Shown here piece by piece: positions 27,686 to 36,733 of a DNA stretch of 64,000 bases. Position numbers and translations under genes: made by a program. The DNA lies in NCBI GenBank assembly GCA_035708165.1, contig DASSSZ010000005.1, forward strand, positions 40,719 to 104,718, given 5' to 3'. A model generated the notes under the pieces. It was not told where the DNA came from, searched no databases, and saw only the letters and a list, made by a program, of their open reading frames with translations. This DNA comes from Minisyncoccota bacterium (lineage in GTDB: Bacteria; Patescibacteriota; Minisyncoccia; Phycocordibacterales; UBA2100). How positions within the stretch are numbered: position 1 is the stretch's first letter; each line of letters opens with the position of its first letter.

Positions 27686-28123
27686 ATGCGCCGCATCCTC
27701 GCTCTTTTCGCATCTGCTGCAGTCGCAGCCGTCGCCTTCGCAGGTACGGCCGCACCCGCCTCTGCCAATGATCTCGCAGGACGCGTGATCACCGGCATCG
27801 CCGGCGCCTTCATCGGCGTCGTGGCGGATCAGGCATTCTTCCAGCCGGCGCGGCATGCGACCGGGCTGATCCTGCCACAGCAGGCGTGCCACTATACCGG
27901 CTATTACGACCGGTGGGGGCATCTCCACCAGACAGGGCGGATCTGCACGCAGGTCTATCAGCAGCCGCAGCCGTGGCGCGGCAATGGCGGCTGGCACCGG
28001 AACGGGCATCCTTGGCCGCATGACGGCCATATGATCCTCGTGCCGGTCGTGCCGGGCCCGCAGCCGATCCCGCTGCAGCAGCACCGCTGCTGGCGGATGA
28101 ACGGGCACATGGTCTGTTCCTGA
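27686..28123 (+). CDS. small secreted His/Cys/Trp-rich protein
   Basis: Signal peptide with AxA site. Mature part is rich in H, W, P, Q with 4 Cys. Confidence 0.55.
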   Translation: MRRILALFASAAVAAVAFAGTAAPASANDLAGRVITGIAGAFIGVVADQAFFQPARHATGLILPQQACHYTGYYDRWGHLHQTGRICTQVYQQPQPWRGNGGWHRNGHPWPHDGHMILVPVVPGPQPIPLQQHRCWRMNGHMVCS

Positions 28124-28138
28124 TCGAAGCGAGCGCGA

Positions 28139-28169
28139 GCCGGGGCGTAATGTCCCGGCTTTCTTTTTT
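28139..28169 (+). terminator. rho-independent terminator (gccggg...cccggc + ttcttttttc)
   Basis: Stem plus U-tract directly after stop of 27686..28123. Confidence 0.6.
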
Positions 28170-28219
28170 CCGCGTGGGCGCTATAACTGCCCTAGGCGAA
28201 CGGCTACAAGGAGGTTCTC

Positions 28220-28534
28220 ATGCGTCTCGTCGGCCTTCTCGCGGTGCTCGGCTGCCTCATGTTCGCGACGGCCGCACCGGCATCCCAGATGATCGCGACC
28301 CGCAACGGCGTGCCGGATCCGCACGCGCGCGGGCACAATTGCGTGGCGTGCCACTGGCATGCGCCGCCCGTCATCATCAAGGGGGACGAGCACTGCGCGA
28401 GCTGCCATCTGCCGGCGACGCAGGGAGATGTCGCCGCCTCGCGCATGTGCCGGCGGTTCCCGTGCCCCTGGCTCTTCTGGGATACGGACGGCAAGCCATA
28501 CCCGTTCGGCAATCTCAATGTCGTGCGGCGCTGA
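28220..28534 (+). CDS. small secreted protein with two CXXCH motifs (candidate dihaem c-type cytochrome or metal-binding protein)
   Basis: AGGAGG RBS and signal peptide are present. Motifs CVACH and CASCH occur in the 104-aa protein. Confidence 0.5.
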   Translation: MRLVGLLAVLGCLMFATAAPASQMIATRNGVPDPHARGHNCVACHWHAPPVIIKGDEHCASCHLPATQGDVAASRMCRRFPCPWLFWDTDGKPYPFGNLNVVRR

Positions 28535-28547
28535 GCGCAACGAAAAC

Positions 28548-28580
28548 GGCCCGAGAGCATGCTCTCGGGCCGTTCCTTCT
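28548..28580. terminator. bidirectional terminator, perfect palindrome ggcccgagagc at gctctcgggcc
   Basis: Between convergent 28220..28534(+) and rpmB(-). Confidence 0.65.
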
Positions 28581-28596
28581 GCCGGGCGGCTAGGTA

Positions 28597-28839
28597 TTAG
28601 ATGAGTCCTGCCTTCTTCAGCGTCCGGAAGGCGCCATTCTTCTTGATGGTCTTGAGGCCCTTCGTCGAGACGGTGACGGAGACGCTCTTGCCGAGCTCCG
28701 GCACGAAGACCGCCTTCTTCTGGAGGTTGACCTGGCGGCGGCGCTTGCCTGTGAGGTTGAACTTGGTCGCGCGGGTCTCGTTGCTGTACCCGCCGCCCAC
28801 GCGCGAGCGCTTGCCGGTGATTGCGCAGACTTTTGCCAT
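28597..28839 (-). CDS. rpmB: 50S ribosomal protein L28
   Basis: MAKVCAITGKRSRVGGGYSNETRATKFNLTGKRRRQVNLQKK... is conserved in bL28. The track ORF 28597..29067 is a spurious 5' extension. Confidence 0.9.
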   Translation of the reverse strand: MAKVCAITGKRSRVGGGYSNETRATKFNLTGKRRRQVNLQKKAVFVPELGKSVSVTVSTKGLKTIKKNGAFRTLKKAGLI

Positions 28840-28866
28840 AACGCTCGCGATGGTACCATCGGAATC

Positions 28867-29508
28867 ATGGCAGCGCAACTCGCTCTTCTCATCAGCCTTC
28901 TCATCCTGATCTTCTCGATCATCCTGCATGAGATCGCGCACGGCGCCATGGCGAACTGGCTCGGGGACCCGACGGCGCGATTGCAAGGCCGGCTCACGCT
29001 CAACCCCATCCCGCATATCGATCCGTTCGGCAGCGTGATCCTGCCGGCGCTCCTCGTGTTCTCGCATTCGGGGTTCCTCTTCGGGTGGGCGAAGCCGGTC
29101 CCGTACAATCCCTACAACCTGCGCCGCGGCGGGCGCTTCGCCGAAGGATTAGTGGCGCTCGCGGGGCCGGCGACGAACCTCCTGCTGGCGCTCATCGCGG
29201 CCGCGACGGTACGCGTCCTTGCCGCGTTCGGGGCTGCCCCCGACACGCTCTCGCTCGCGTTCTACGCTCTCGTCATCAATGTGATGCTCGCGATCTTCAA
29301 CTGCATCCCGATCCCGCCCCTCGATGGCTCGAAGATCCTCGACATCTTCCTGCCCGCGCCGCTGCGGCTCTCATATGACCGGTTCCGGGCCATGCTCGAG
29401 CGCAACCCGTTCGCCGGCCTTGCCCTCGTCATCCTCTTCGCCGTCATTTTCGGCGACGCGATCAGCTCGGTGATCTTCGCTGTTGCGAATCTGCTCGCCG
29501 GCTCGTAG
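28867..29508 (+). CDS. site-2 protease family (peptidase M50) intramembrane zinc metalloprotease
   Basis: HEIAHG (HExxH) within TM1, a multi-TM protein, and LDGS motif in a later helix. Confidence 0.75.
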   Translation: MAAQLALLISLLILIFSIILHEIAHGAMANWLGDPTARLQGRLTLNPIPHIDPFGSVILPALLVFSHSGFLFGWAKPVPYNPYNLRRGGRFAEGLVALAGPATNLLLALIAAATVRVLAAFGAAPDTLSLAFYALVINVMLAIFNCIPIPPLDGSKILDIFLPAPLRLSYDRFRAMLERNPFAGLALVILFAVIFGDAISSVIFAVANLLAGS

Positions 29509-29574
29509 CGTGTCGCCTTGCAGGCGCCGCGATGGTGTAGTACAGTACCCGCACCCCGAATACGGGCTATTTTC

Positions 29575-29988
29575 ATGGCAACCATCAATCAGCTCACTCG
29601 CAAGAATCGCCGCAACCCGGTACGCAAGGCGCGCACGGTGGCGCTTTCGCGCGGGTTCAATGCCGTGAAGAACCGCCCGAATTACTACAACTCGCCGTTC
29701 AAGCGCGGCGTCTGCACGAAGGTCACCACCAAGACCCCGCGCAAGCCGAACTCCGCGATCCGCAAGATCGCTCGCGTCCGTCTCACGAACGGGATGGAGA
29801 TCACGGCGTACATCCCGGGCGAGGGCCACAACCTCCAGGAGCACTCGGTGGTCCTGGTCCGCGGCGGCCGCGTGAAGGACATCGGCGTCCGCTATACCAT
29901 CGTGCGCGGCAAGCTCGATGCCACTGGCGTGGAGAAGCGCAAGAATGGCCGCTCGCGCTACGGCGGCAAGAAGCCGAAGGGCGAGTAA
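29575..29988 (+). CDS. rpsL: 30S ribosomal protein S12
   Basis: [10 protein letters not shown]... PNSAIRK... [31 protein letters not shown]. Confidence 0.95.
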   Translation: MATINQLTRKNRRNPVRKARTVALSRGFNAVKNRPNYYNSPFKRGVCTKVTTKTPRKPNSAIRKIARVRLTNGMEITAYIPGEGHNLQEHSVVLVRGGRVKDIGVRYTIVRGKLDATGVEKRKNGRSRYGGKKPKGE

Positions 29989-30003
29989 TCATCACGTAAT
30001 CCC

Positions 30004-30465
30004 ATGCGTCGCCCTGTCCACAACCGCAATATCCCCGTAGCCGACCCGCAGTACGGCTCGGTCCGCGTCTCGAAGCTCATCAACAGCATCATGCTGGATG
30101 GGAAGAAGGATGCCGCGACCAAGATCGTCTATGACGCTTTCGCGATGCTGAAGGACGAGGGCGATCCGGTGGCCGTCTTCGAGACCGCGCTCGAGAACGT
30201 CGGTCCGCAGGTGGAGGTGCGCAGCCGCCGCGTCGGCGGTGCCAACTACCAGGTGCCGGTGGAGGTCCGCCCGGAGCGCCGTCTTGCGCTCGCGCTGCGC
30301 TGGATCATCAACGCGGCTCGCGCGAAGGAGGGCACGCCCATGTCGGCGCGCCTCGCGAACGAGATCCGTTCCGCGGCCCACAACGAGGGCGAGGCCGTCC
30401 TCAAGCGCGAGAACGTCCATAAGATGGCGGAGGCGAATAAGGCGTTTGCGCACTTCGCCTGGTAG
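30004..30465 (+). CDS. rpsG: 30S ribosomal protein S7
   Basis: Conserved uS7 sequence across 153 aa. Confidence 0.95.
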   Translation: MRRPVHNRNIPVADPQYGSVRVSKLINSIMLDGKKDAATKIVYDAFAMLKDEGDPVAVFETALENVGPQVEVRSRRVGGANYQVPVEVRPERRLALALRWIINAARAKEGTPMSARLANEIRSAAHNEGEAVLKRENVHKMAEANKAFAHFAW

Positions 30466-30801
30466 CCGGAATCTCATTCTCGGCACGTTGCTTTGCCGAA
30501 AGCCCCTGATCCTTGCCCGCCGTACCATCAGTACGGGCCGCAATGCTCAGGGGCTTTCTTCGCGCACCGCACTCGAGAATGGCTCCCTTGCGCAGCTCGC
30601 TCCCTCAGTCCAGCGCCTCGCAATGCATCCGAACCCCGGACGCTCCTGATATCCGCCGCATACGGCGAAGCCGTGCATCGGCGCTCCCTTTGCTATACTT
30701 GCTCGCGTAAGCCCATCGATGCATGCCCTCAGCGCTGCCTCGCGCACGAATAACAGGGCGATGGCGGCTCTGCAGGCGTTATCCGGTAACGAACCGTTCA
30801 T

Positions 30802-31002
30802 ATGGCAGACATGACGAACATGCGTCATAAGGATTGGAGCGGGATGTCCGAGGATCAGAAGGACGTGGTGCGAGAGAGCATGCGCAACTGGCGCAGCTGG
30901 GGCTCCTGGTTCTCGTGGGGCTCGCCCGTGGGATTGGGTCTCTGGTTCATCGCGCTCGGGATCACTGCGGTCCTGGCGCGCATCGCGTTCATCGGGTTCT
31001 GA
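30802..31002 (+). CDS. small membrane protein (66 aa, W-rich)
   Basis: Hydrophobic C-terminal helix. It is followed directly by a strong terminator. Confidence 0.45.
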   Translation: MADMTNMRHKDWSGMSEDQKDVVRESMRNWRSWGSWFSWGSPVGLGLWFIALGITAVLARIAFIGF

Positions 31003-31012
31003 GGACTCTCGC

Positions 31013-31045
31013 AGAAGCCGCCCCCCTTGGGGGCGGCTTCTGTAT
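31013..31045 (+). terminator. rho-independent terminator (agaagccgcccccc tt gggggcggcttct)
   Basis: 13-bp perfect stem read directly. Confidence 0.65.
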
Positions 31046-31146
31046 ATGCGCCGGAATTCAGGCGCCATTCATGCCGGAAGGTTCATACATGGTTCAGCGT
31101 GGCGGGCGCACTGTGCGGAAAGACTTCTGTTCTGTACTATCAGGCT

Positions 31147-32199
31147 ATGGAGACTGACATGCACCCTCAGCATCCAATCCCGCGACCCAAGGTCGTGACG
31201 CTTAGCGGCGGCACCGGAGGGTTTACCGTCTTGCGCGGCTTGCGGGACCAGCTGCTCGACATCACGGCGATCTGCACCGTCTTCGATAGCGGCGGATCGA
31301 CGGGCGTATTGCGCGACCAGTACGGCGCGCTCCCGATGGGCGACGAGCGTCGCTGCCTCTTGGCGCTCATTCCCGAGGAAGACGCCGGCTGGCGCGACCT
31401 CATGATGGCTCGTTACGAGGCGAACGGCTCGCCGCTCTCGAATCACTCGCTCGGCAACCTGCTCCTGCTCTCCGCAGAGAAGCAGTGGGGCCGCTTGGGC
31501 GGCATCGCCCGCCTCGGCGAGCTGCTGCACATCCGCGGACGCGTGCTGCCGGTCTCGACCGACGACGCGCATCTCACGGCGGAGCTTTCCGATGGCTCTA
31601 TCTTGCGCACCGAGGCGGCGATCGACACGCGCGATCCGCTCACGGATGAGCGGGGCATCTCGCGGGTATGGCTCGAACCGTCGGCGCATGCCTGCCGCGA
31701 TGCCATCCAGGCGATCGAGGAGGCGGACGTCATCGTGATCGGTCCGGGCGATCTCTTCACCTCGGCCATCCCGAACCTTCTGCCGCGCGGCGCCACTGAA
31801 GCGATCAATGCCTCGACGGCGCAGCTGGTCTATATCGCGAACATCATGACCAAGGGCGCGGAGACGCGCGGCTACTGCGCCGCCGACTTCGTCGATCAGC
31901 TCTGCAGGCACGGCATCGCCCGCGCCTTCGATCACGTGCTCATCAATACGACGCCGATCCCGGATGACCTCCGGGCGCTCTACTGGGAAGAGGATCGCGC
32001 CGAGCCAGTCACCTTCGACGCTGCGTGCCGCGCCCGGCTGCTCGTTCGTGCGCGGAATATCGTGGAGGCGCCGCTCCTCTCAGGCACGGGCCTCCGGGAG
32101 CGTTTGCTGCGGCACAGCTCGAAGGCGATCGCGAAAGAGATCATGACGATCGCCGAGCACGTCCTTGAGCCGGCTATGCCGGTGCAGGCTGTCGCTTGA
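31147..32199 (+). CDS. YvcK/CofD-family (UPF0052, gluconeogenesis factor / 2-phospho-L-lactate transferase-like) protein
   Basis: VVTLSGGTGGFTVLRGL ... ICTVFDSGGSTGVLRDQYG signature of the CofD/YvcK family. Confidence 0.7.
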   Translation: METDMHPQHPIPRPKVVTLSGGTGGFTVLRGLRDQLLDITAICTVFDSGGSTGVLRDQYGALPMGDERRCLLALIPEEDAGWRDLMMARYEANGSPLSNHSLGNLLLLSAEKQWGRLGGIARLGELLHIRGRVLPVSTDDAHLTAELSDGSILRTEAAIDTRDPLTDERGISRVWLEPSAHACRDAIQAIEEADVIVIGPGDLFTSAIPNLLPRGATEAINASTAQLVYIANIMTKGAETRGYCAADFVDQLCRHGIARAFDHVLINTTPIPDDLRALYWEEDRAEPVTFDAACRARLLVRARNIVEAPLLSGTGLRERLLRHSSKAIAKEIMTIAEHVLEPAMPVQAVA

Positions 32200-32364
32200 T
32201 CCTGATCCTGTTCGAACCTGCGGCGCGCCTCATCGGCGCGCCGTTTCTTTGCGGGAGAAGAAGGGAGAGTTGACACAATATTGATTCCGTATTATTCTCC
32301 TTTCCGGAAAAGCTGCCGAAAGGCAGCGTTTTTGTGTCTTTGACCTGCAACATTGAGGAATCAG

Positions 32365-32733
32365 ATGAGAATGGAAGGGTATGCGGGAGCGCTGCTCCTG
32401 ACGCTTGCGGCCTGTGCGGCTGCGCCTGCGTATGCGGACAGCGCCTCTGCCGACTGGAACTCGACCGCGGGATTCTCCTCGCCGAGCCAGGACGCGAACG
32501 CGTTCAATGCCGCGCAGGTGATCCAGCTGCTGAATCATGGCAGCGCGGGTCCGTCCGTGGTCACGAATACGATGAACTGCGCGGTCCCAGGCTCATGCCC
32601 GACGGCCGGCACGCAGGAGAACCTCTCCGGCGTCACCATGACGACGGTGAACGGCGGCTCCGGCATCTCGATCGACACGTCGACGTCTTCGCGCGCGACG
32701 CAGAGCAACGGCATCACCATCGATACCAAATAG
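32365..32733 (+). CDS. small secreted protein / putative lipoprotein (LTLAAC lipobox), S/T/N-rich
   Basis: GAGGAA RBS lies 4-5 nt upstream. Signal peptide and S/T/N-rich low complexity are present. The track start 32353 is a TTG. Confidence 0.45.
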   Translation: MRMEGYAGALLLTLAACAAAPAYADSASADWNSTAGFSSPSQDANAFNAAQVIQLLNHGSAGPSVVTNTMNCAVPGSCPTAGTQENLSGVTMTTVNGGSGISIDTSTSSRATQSNGITIDTK

Positions 32734-32743
32734 GGAGGGCGCG

Positions 32744-33628
32744 ATGCGCTTCATCAAGATACTCGCCGGTATCGGAGCCCTCACGCTGCTCGCCCTGCCG
32801 CTGGCCGGGTGTGCGACCGTGAGCGGCTCGACAGGGCTGCGCGATGAGGTCCCGATCAAGGATCCGCCCATCGTGAAGGAAGTCTCGACGCCGTATGCCG
32901 ATGCGATGGCATGCGTCGCCAGGATCCCGGTCGTCAGGCATCTGAAGATCGGGGTGGGCGACATCCGCGACCTCACCGGCAAGGTGAACACCTCGTCGGA
33001 TGACGCCACGGGCGACTTCGTCACCCAGGGCGCATCGCAGATGATGTATTCCGCGCTGGGGCGGCTCGGCGTCGAGCTCATCGATATCGGCGCTGATTAC
33101 AAGAACACCGTTGACTGGTTCGGCAGCAAGGGCTCGAAAGGGCGCGTCGCGATGCCGCAGTTCATGGTGGGCGGTGCCGTCGATGCGCTCGACTTCGGGC
33201 AGACGAGCTCCGTCTTCCAGGCGCAGCTCTTCGGCTTCGGGCCGAATGTCCGCGCCTACGCGGCGACCGGCCGGATGGATCTCCATCTGACCACGCTGCC
33301 GGAAGGAAGCACGGTCGGCGGCGAGGTCGCAGCGACGAGCTCGTTCGCGAAGGTGTTCCTTGCGCGGCAGTCCGGAGCAGGCGGCGGCACGTTCGTCGGC
33401 GCCGCTCCGGGCCTCACGTTCGCCTCCTTCCAGATCGGCAGCGAAGCCCGCGAGCCGATGCAGGAGACGATCGGCTTCATGACCGATTTCGGCGCGACCG
33501 ATCTCGTCCTGAAGCTCCTCAGTTCCTTGCATGCCGCGCCTCCTCGGGAGGTCGCGATGTGCCGGAAGCTGCTCGTCGACCCGCACGGGCCGGCGGCAAG
33601 GCCGATCACGCTCGCTTCGGCGAAGTGA
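32744..33628 (+). CDS. CsgG-family lipoprotein (curli-type outer/secretion channel family)
   Basis: Lipobox LAGC is present. IGVGDIRDLTGK...ATGDFVTQGASQMMYSALGRLGVELID and FMVGGAVDALDF...FGFG resemble the CsgG fold motifs. Length is ~294 aa, as in CsgG. Confidence 0.6.
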   Translation: MRFIKILAGIGALTLLALPLAGCATVSGSTGLRDEVPIKDPPIVKEVSTPYADAMACVARIPVVRHLKIGVGDIRDLTGKVNTSSDDATGDFVTQGASQMMYSALGRLGVELIDIGADYKNTVDWFGSKGSKGRVAMPQFMVGGAVDALDFGQTSSVFQAQLFGFGPNVRAYAATGRMDLHLTTLPEGSTVGGEVAATSSFAKVFLARQSGAGGGTFVGAAPGLTFASFQIGSEAREPMQETIGFMTDFGATDLVLKLLSSLHAAPPREVAMCRKLLVDPHGPAARPITLASAK

Positions 33629-33732
33629 GCCGGCGCCCATGGCACTTGCCTGCATGAAAGGCACATGCTATGGTTCTGGCTCGCTGGCATCCGCCGGCGA
33701 GTGCAACACCCAACGAAAGGGATACATTGCAA

Positions 33733-34227
33733 ATGCGTTTTCGTTCTTTGGCATCCGCCGCTATCCTGATTGCTTCCGCTGCCTTCGCCATGCCGGCCCT
33801 GGCCGCGTCCCCGTCGACCAATATCGTGATCGACACGGGCGCGAGCAAGGTGCTGCAGGCGAACCTGAGCGGCGACGTCGGCGATACGGTGAAGATCGAC
33901 CAGACCAATGCGCTCAATGTCGTCGACCTCACGGGCGACAACATGTCGAACGCCACGGTCAGCGCGTCGGCCGCCAAGGTCATCCAGGCGAACGTGGGCG
34001 TGGGGATCGACCTCAGCTCCGGCATCGTCAAGGATACTCAGACCAATGCGGCCAACGTGGTGGACGCGGTGCTGACGAACGTCGGCAACTCGAGCGTGGA
34101 CAAGGTCAGCGCGACCATGCACAAGGTCGCTCAGGTCAATGTCGGCGTGAATCTCCCGCTCATGGGCGGCACCGCCGTCTCCGACCAGGTCAATGCCGGC
34201 AACATCGTTTCCGTCAAGATCAAATAA
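33733..34227 (+). CDS. secreted Q/N/V-rich protein with three imperfect curlin-like ~40-aa repeats
   Basis: Signal peptide (AAFAMPALAAS) is present. The repeats are KVLQANLSGDVGDTVKIDQTNALNVVD, KVIQANVGVGIDLSSGIVKDTQTNAANVVD and KVAQVNVGVNLPLMGGTAVSDQVNAGNIV. The track ORF 33670.. is an extension. Confidence 0.5.
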   Translation: MRFRSLASAAILIASAAFAMPALAASPSTNIVIDTGASKVLQANLSGDVGDTVKIDQTNALNVVDLTGDNMSNATVSASAAKVIQANVGVGIDLSSGIVKDTQTNAANVVDAVLTNVGNSSVDKVSATMHKVAQVNVGVNLPLMGGTAVSDQVNAGNIVSVKIK

Positions 34228-34239
34228 GGTCGCATCTCC

Positions 34240-34273
34240 GAGCCTCGGCATCTGCCGAGGCTCTCCTTTTTAT
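34240..34273 (+). terminator. rho-independent terminator (gagcctcggca tc tgccgaggctc + tcctttttat)
   Basis: 11-bp perfect stem plus T5. Confidence 0.7.
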
Positions 34274-34449
34274 GCGCCGCAGGATCGCGCAGGAGGCATC
34301 CGCGCGCTGCATCTTGCGGCGAGGAGCCGCACAGGAGCGCCGTTTTGCAATCGCCTCCGTTTCCTGGTACTCTTCGGGCACGCTTCGCGCGGCTTTTTAT
34401 TTGCATTCGCGCGGCCGCGCACTACTTATTTACTTCATCGATACGAGCT

Positions 34450-36624
34450 ATGGCACGAGATTATCCGCTTGAGAAAGTCCGCAATTTCGGCATCGTCGCG
34501 CACGTGGATGCCGGCAAGACCACCACGTCCGAGCGCATCCTCTTCTATACGGGCATGAGCCACAAGATCGGCGAGGTGCACGAGGGCGGCACCATCACCG
34601 ACTGGATGGAGCAGGAGCGCGAGCGCGGGATCACCATCACCGCCGCTGCCATCACCTGCTTCTGGACGCCTACGTATGCGCGCCTCGGCGCGGACAACGT
34701 CGCGCAGGCGACCGACGGGCAGAACCCGAAGCGCCACCGCTTCAATATCATCGACACCCCGGGGCACATCGACTTCACCTCCGAGGTGCAGCGCTCGATG
34801 CGCGTCCTCGACGGCGCGATCGTGGTGTTCGACGGCGTGGCCGGCGTGGAGCCGCAGTCCGAGACTAACTGGCGCTACGCCGAAGAGGCGAGCGTGCCGC
34901 GGCTGTGCTTCATCAACAAGCTCGACCGAACCGGTGCATCCTTCGAGCGCTCCTTCAAGAGCATCCGCGAGCGCCTCTCGAAGAATGCGTACCGCATGCA
35001 GCTGCCGGTCGGCGAGGAAGCCAACTTCGACGGCGAGGTGGACCTGCTCACGCGCAAGATGTTCGTCAACTCAGGCGCGATGGGCGAGATCGTCACGATG
35101 GCCGACGCGCCGGAGTCCATGAAGGACGATATCGAGACGTACCGCGCCGAGCTGATCGAGAAGATCGTGGAGCAGGACGAGGCCGCGATGAACGCGTACC
35201 TCGAGGGCAATGAGCCTGATCTCGACACGCTGAAGGCGCTCCTGCGCAAGGCCGTGATCGCCAATGAGATCTTTCCGGTCTACTGCGGCGCGTCGCTGAA
35301 GAACCGCGGCGTGCAGCCGATCCTCGATGCGGTCATCGACTACCTGCCGTCCCCTCTGGACGTGCCGGCAGCGAAGGGCGTCAATCCGGACACCGGCGAG
35401 GAGGAGTTCCGCGAGGCATCTGACGAAGCGCCGTTCTCCGCGCTCGCGTTCAAGCTCCAGACGGACCCGTTCGTGGGGCAGCTCACGTTCATCCGCGTGT
35501 ACTCGGGCAAGCTCGAGAGCGGCGGCTATGTCTACGATGCCAATAACGGCAAGAAGGAGCGCGTCGGCCGCATCGTGCGCCTGCAGGCGGACAAGCGCGA
35601 GGAGATCAAGGAGATCTACGCAGGCGAGATCGCCGGCCTCGTGGGCATGAAGGAGGTGAAGATCGGCCATACGCTCTGCGACGAGACGCACCCGATCCAC
35701 CTCGAAGAGATCAATTTCAAGCAGCCGGTCATCTCGATGCGCATCGAGCCGAAGACCAAGGCGGACCAGGAGAAGATGGGCATCGCGCTCAACAAGCTCA
35801 CCGACGAGGACCCGACGCTGCGCGTGACGACTGACCCGGAGACGATGGAGACTATCCTCTCGGGCATGGGCGAGCTGCACCTCGAGATCATCGTGGATCG
35901 CATGAAGCGCGAGTTCGGCGTCGAAGCGACGACCGGCAAGCCGCAGGTGGCGTACCGCGAGACCATCCAGGGTACTGCCGATAAGGAGGTGAAGTACATC
36001 AAGCAGACGGGCGGTCGCGGCCAGTACGGCCACGTGAAGCTCCGCGTGAAGCCGCTCGAGCCGCTTGCCGAGGGCGCGAAGATCCCGAACAACGTCCATC
36101 GCGAGGACCACTTCGAGTTCATCAACAGCATCAAGGGCGGCGTCATCCCGGCTGAGTACATCCCGGCAGTAGAGAAGGGGGTGCGCGAGTCCCTGACCCG
36201 CGGCGTTCTCGCCGGCTTCCCGATCGTGGACGTCTCGGTCGAGCTCTACGACGGCTCGTATCACGAGGTGGACTCTTCGGAGATCGCCTTCAAGATCGCA
36301 GGCTCGCAGGCATTCCAGGAAGCGGCAGCGGCAGCGCGGCCGGTCCTCCTCGAGCCGATCATGAAGCTCGAGGTCGTGACGCCGGAGAAGTTCCTCGGCG
36401 ACGTGAACGGATCGATCAGCAGCAAGCGCGGCGTCGTGGAGCGCATGGACGCGCGCGGCAATGATACGGTGATCGACGCGAAGGTCCCGCTCTCCGAGCT
36501 CTTCGGCTACACCACGCAGCTGCGCTCGATGACGGAAGGCCGCGCGACGCCGGTCATGGAATTCGACCACTATGCGGTCGTCCCGAAGAACGTCGCGGAC
36601 GAAGTGATCGCTACGAAGCGATAA
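34450..36624 (+). CDS. fusA: elongation factor G
   Basis: NFGIVAHVDAGKTTTSERIL, DTPGHIDF and the full five-domain EF-G length. It is preceded by TTGCAA-17-TACTCT and a T5-containing leader. Confidence 0.95.
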   Translation: MARDYPLEKVRNFGIVAHVDAGKTTTSERILFYTGMSHKIGEVHEGGTITDWMEQERERGITITAAAITCFWTPTYARLGADNVAQATDGQNPKRHRFNIIDTPGHIDFTSEVQRSMRVLDGAIVVFDGVAGVEPQSETNWRYAEEASVPRLCFINKLDRTGASFERSFKSIRERLSKNAYRMQLPVGEEANFDGEVDLLTRKMFVNSGAMGEIVTMADAPESMKDDIETYRAELIEKIVEQDEAAMNAYLEGNEPDLDTLKALLRKAVIANEIFPVYCGASLKNRGVQPILDAVIDYLPSPLDVPAAKGVNPDTGEEEFREASDEAPFSALAFKLQTDPFVGQLTFIRVYSGKLESGGYVYDANNGKKERVGRIVRLQADKREEIKEIYAGEIAGLVGMKEVKIGHTLCDETHPIHLEEINFKQPVISMRIEPKTKADQEKMGIALNKLTDEDPTLRVTTDPETMETILSGMGELHLEIIVDRMKREFGVEATTGKPQVAYRETIQGTADKEVKYIKQTGGRGQYGHVKLRVKPLEPLAEGAKIPNNVHREDHFEFINSIKGGVIPAEYIPAVEKGVRESLTRGVLAGFPIVDVSVELYDGSYHEVDSSEIAFKIAGSQAFQEAAAAARPVLLEPIMKLEVVTPEKFLGDVNGSISSKRGVVERMDARGNDTVIDAKVPLSELFGYTTQLRSMTEGRATPVMEFDHYAVVPKNVADEVIATKR

Positions 36625-36644
36625 CCGATCGCACATGCATACCG

Positions 36645-36677
36645 AACGGCCGCGCAGATGCGCGGCCGTTCGTTATG
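36645..36677 (+). terminator. rho-independent terminator (aacggccgcgc agat gcgcggccgtt)
   Basis: 11-bp perfect stem after fusA stop. Confidence 0.65.
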
Positions 36678-36733
36678 CACAGCAAGCGGACGATGAGGAA
36701 AACGATAGGGTGTGCGTTTGCTATGATAGTGGC

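Noticed and set aside
30547-31068. 173-aa minus-strand ORF spanning the rpsG-downstream intergenic region
   Set aside because: R/P/A-rich with no start context. The plus-strand small membrane ORF with its own terminator explains part of the region better.
35071-36636. 521-aa minus-strand ORF over fusA
   Set aside because: Antisense to EF-G.
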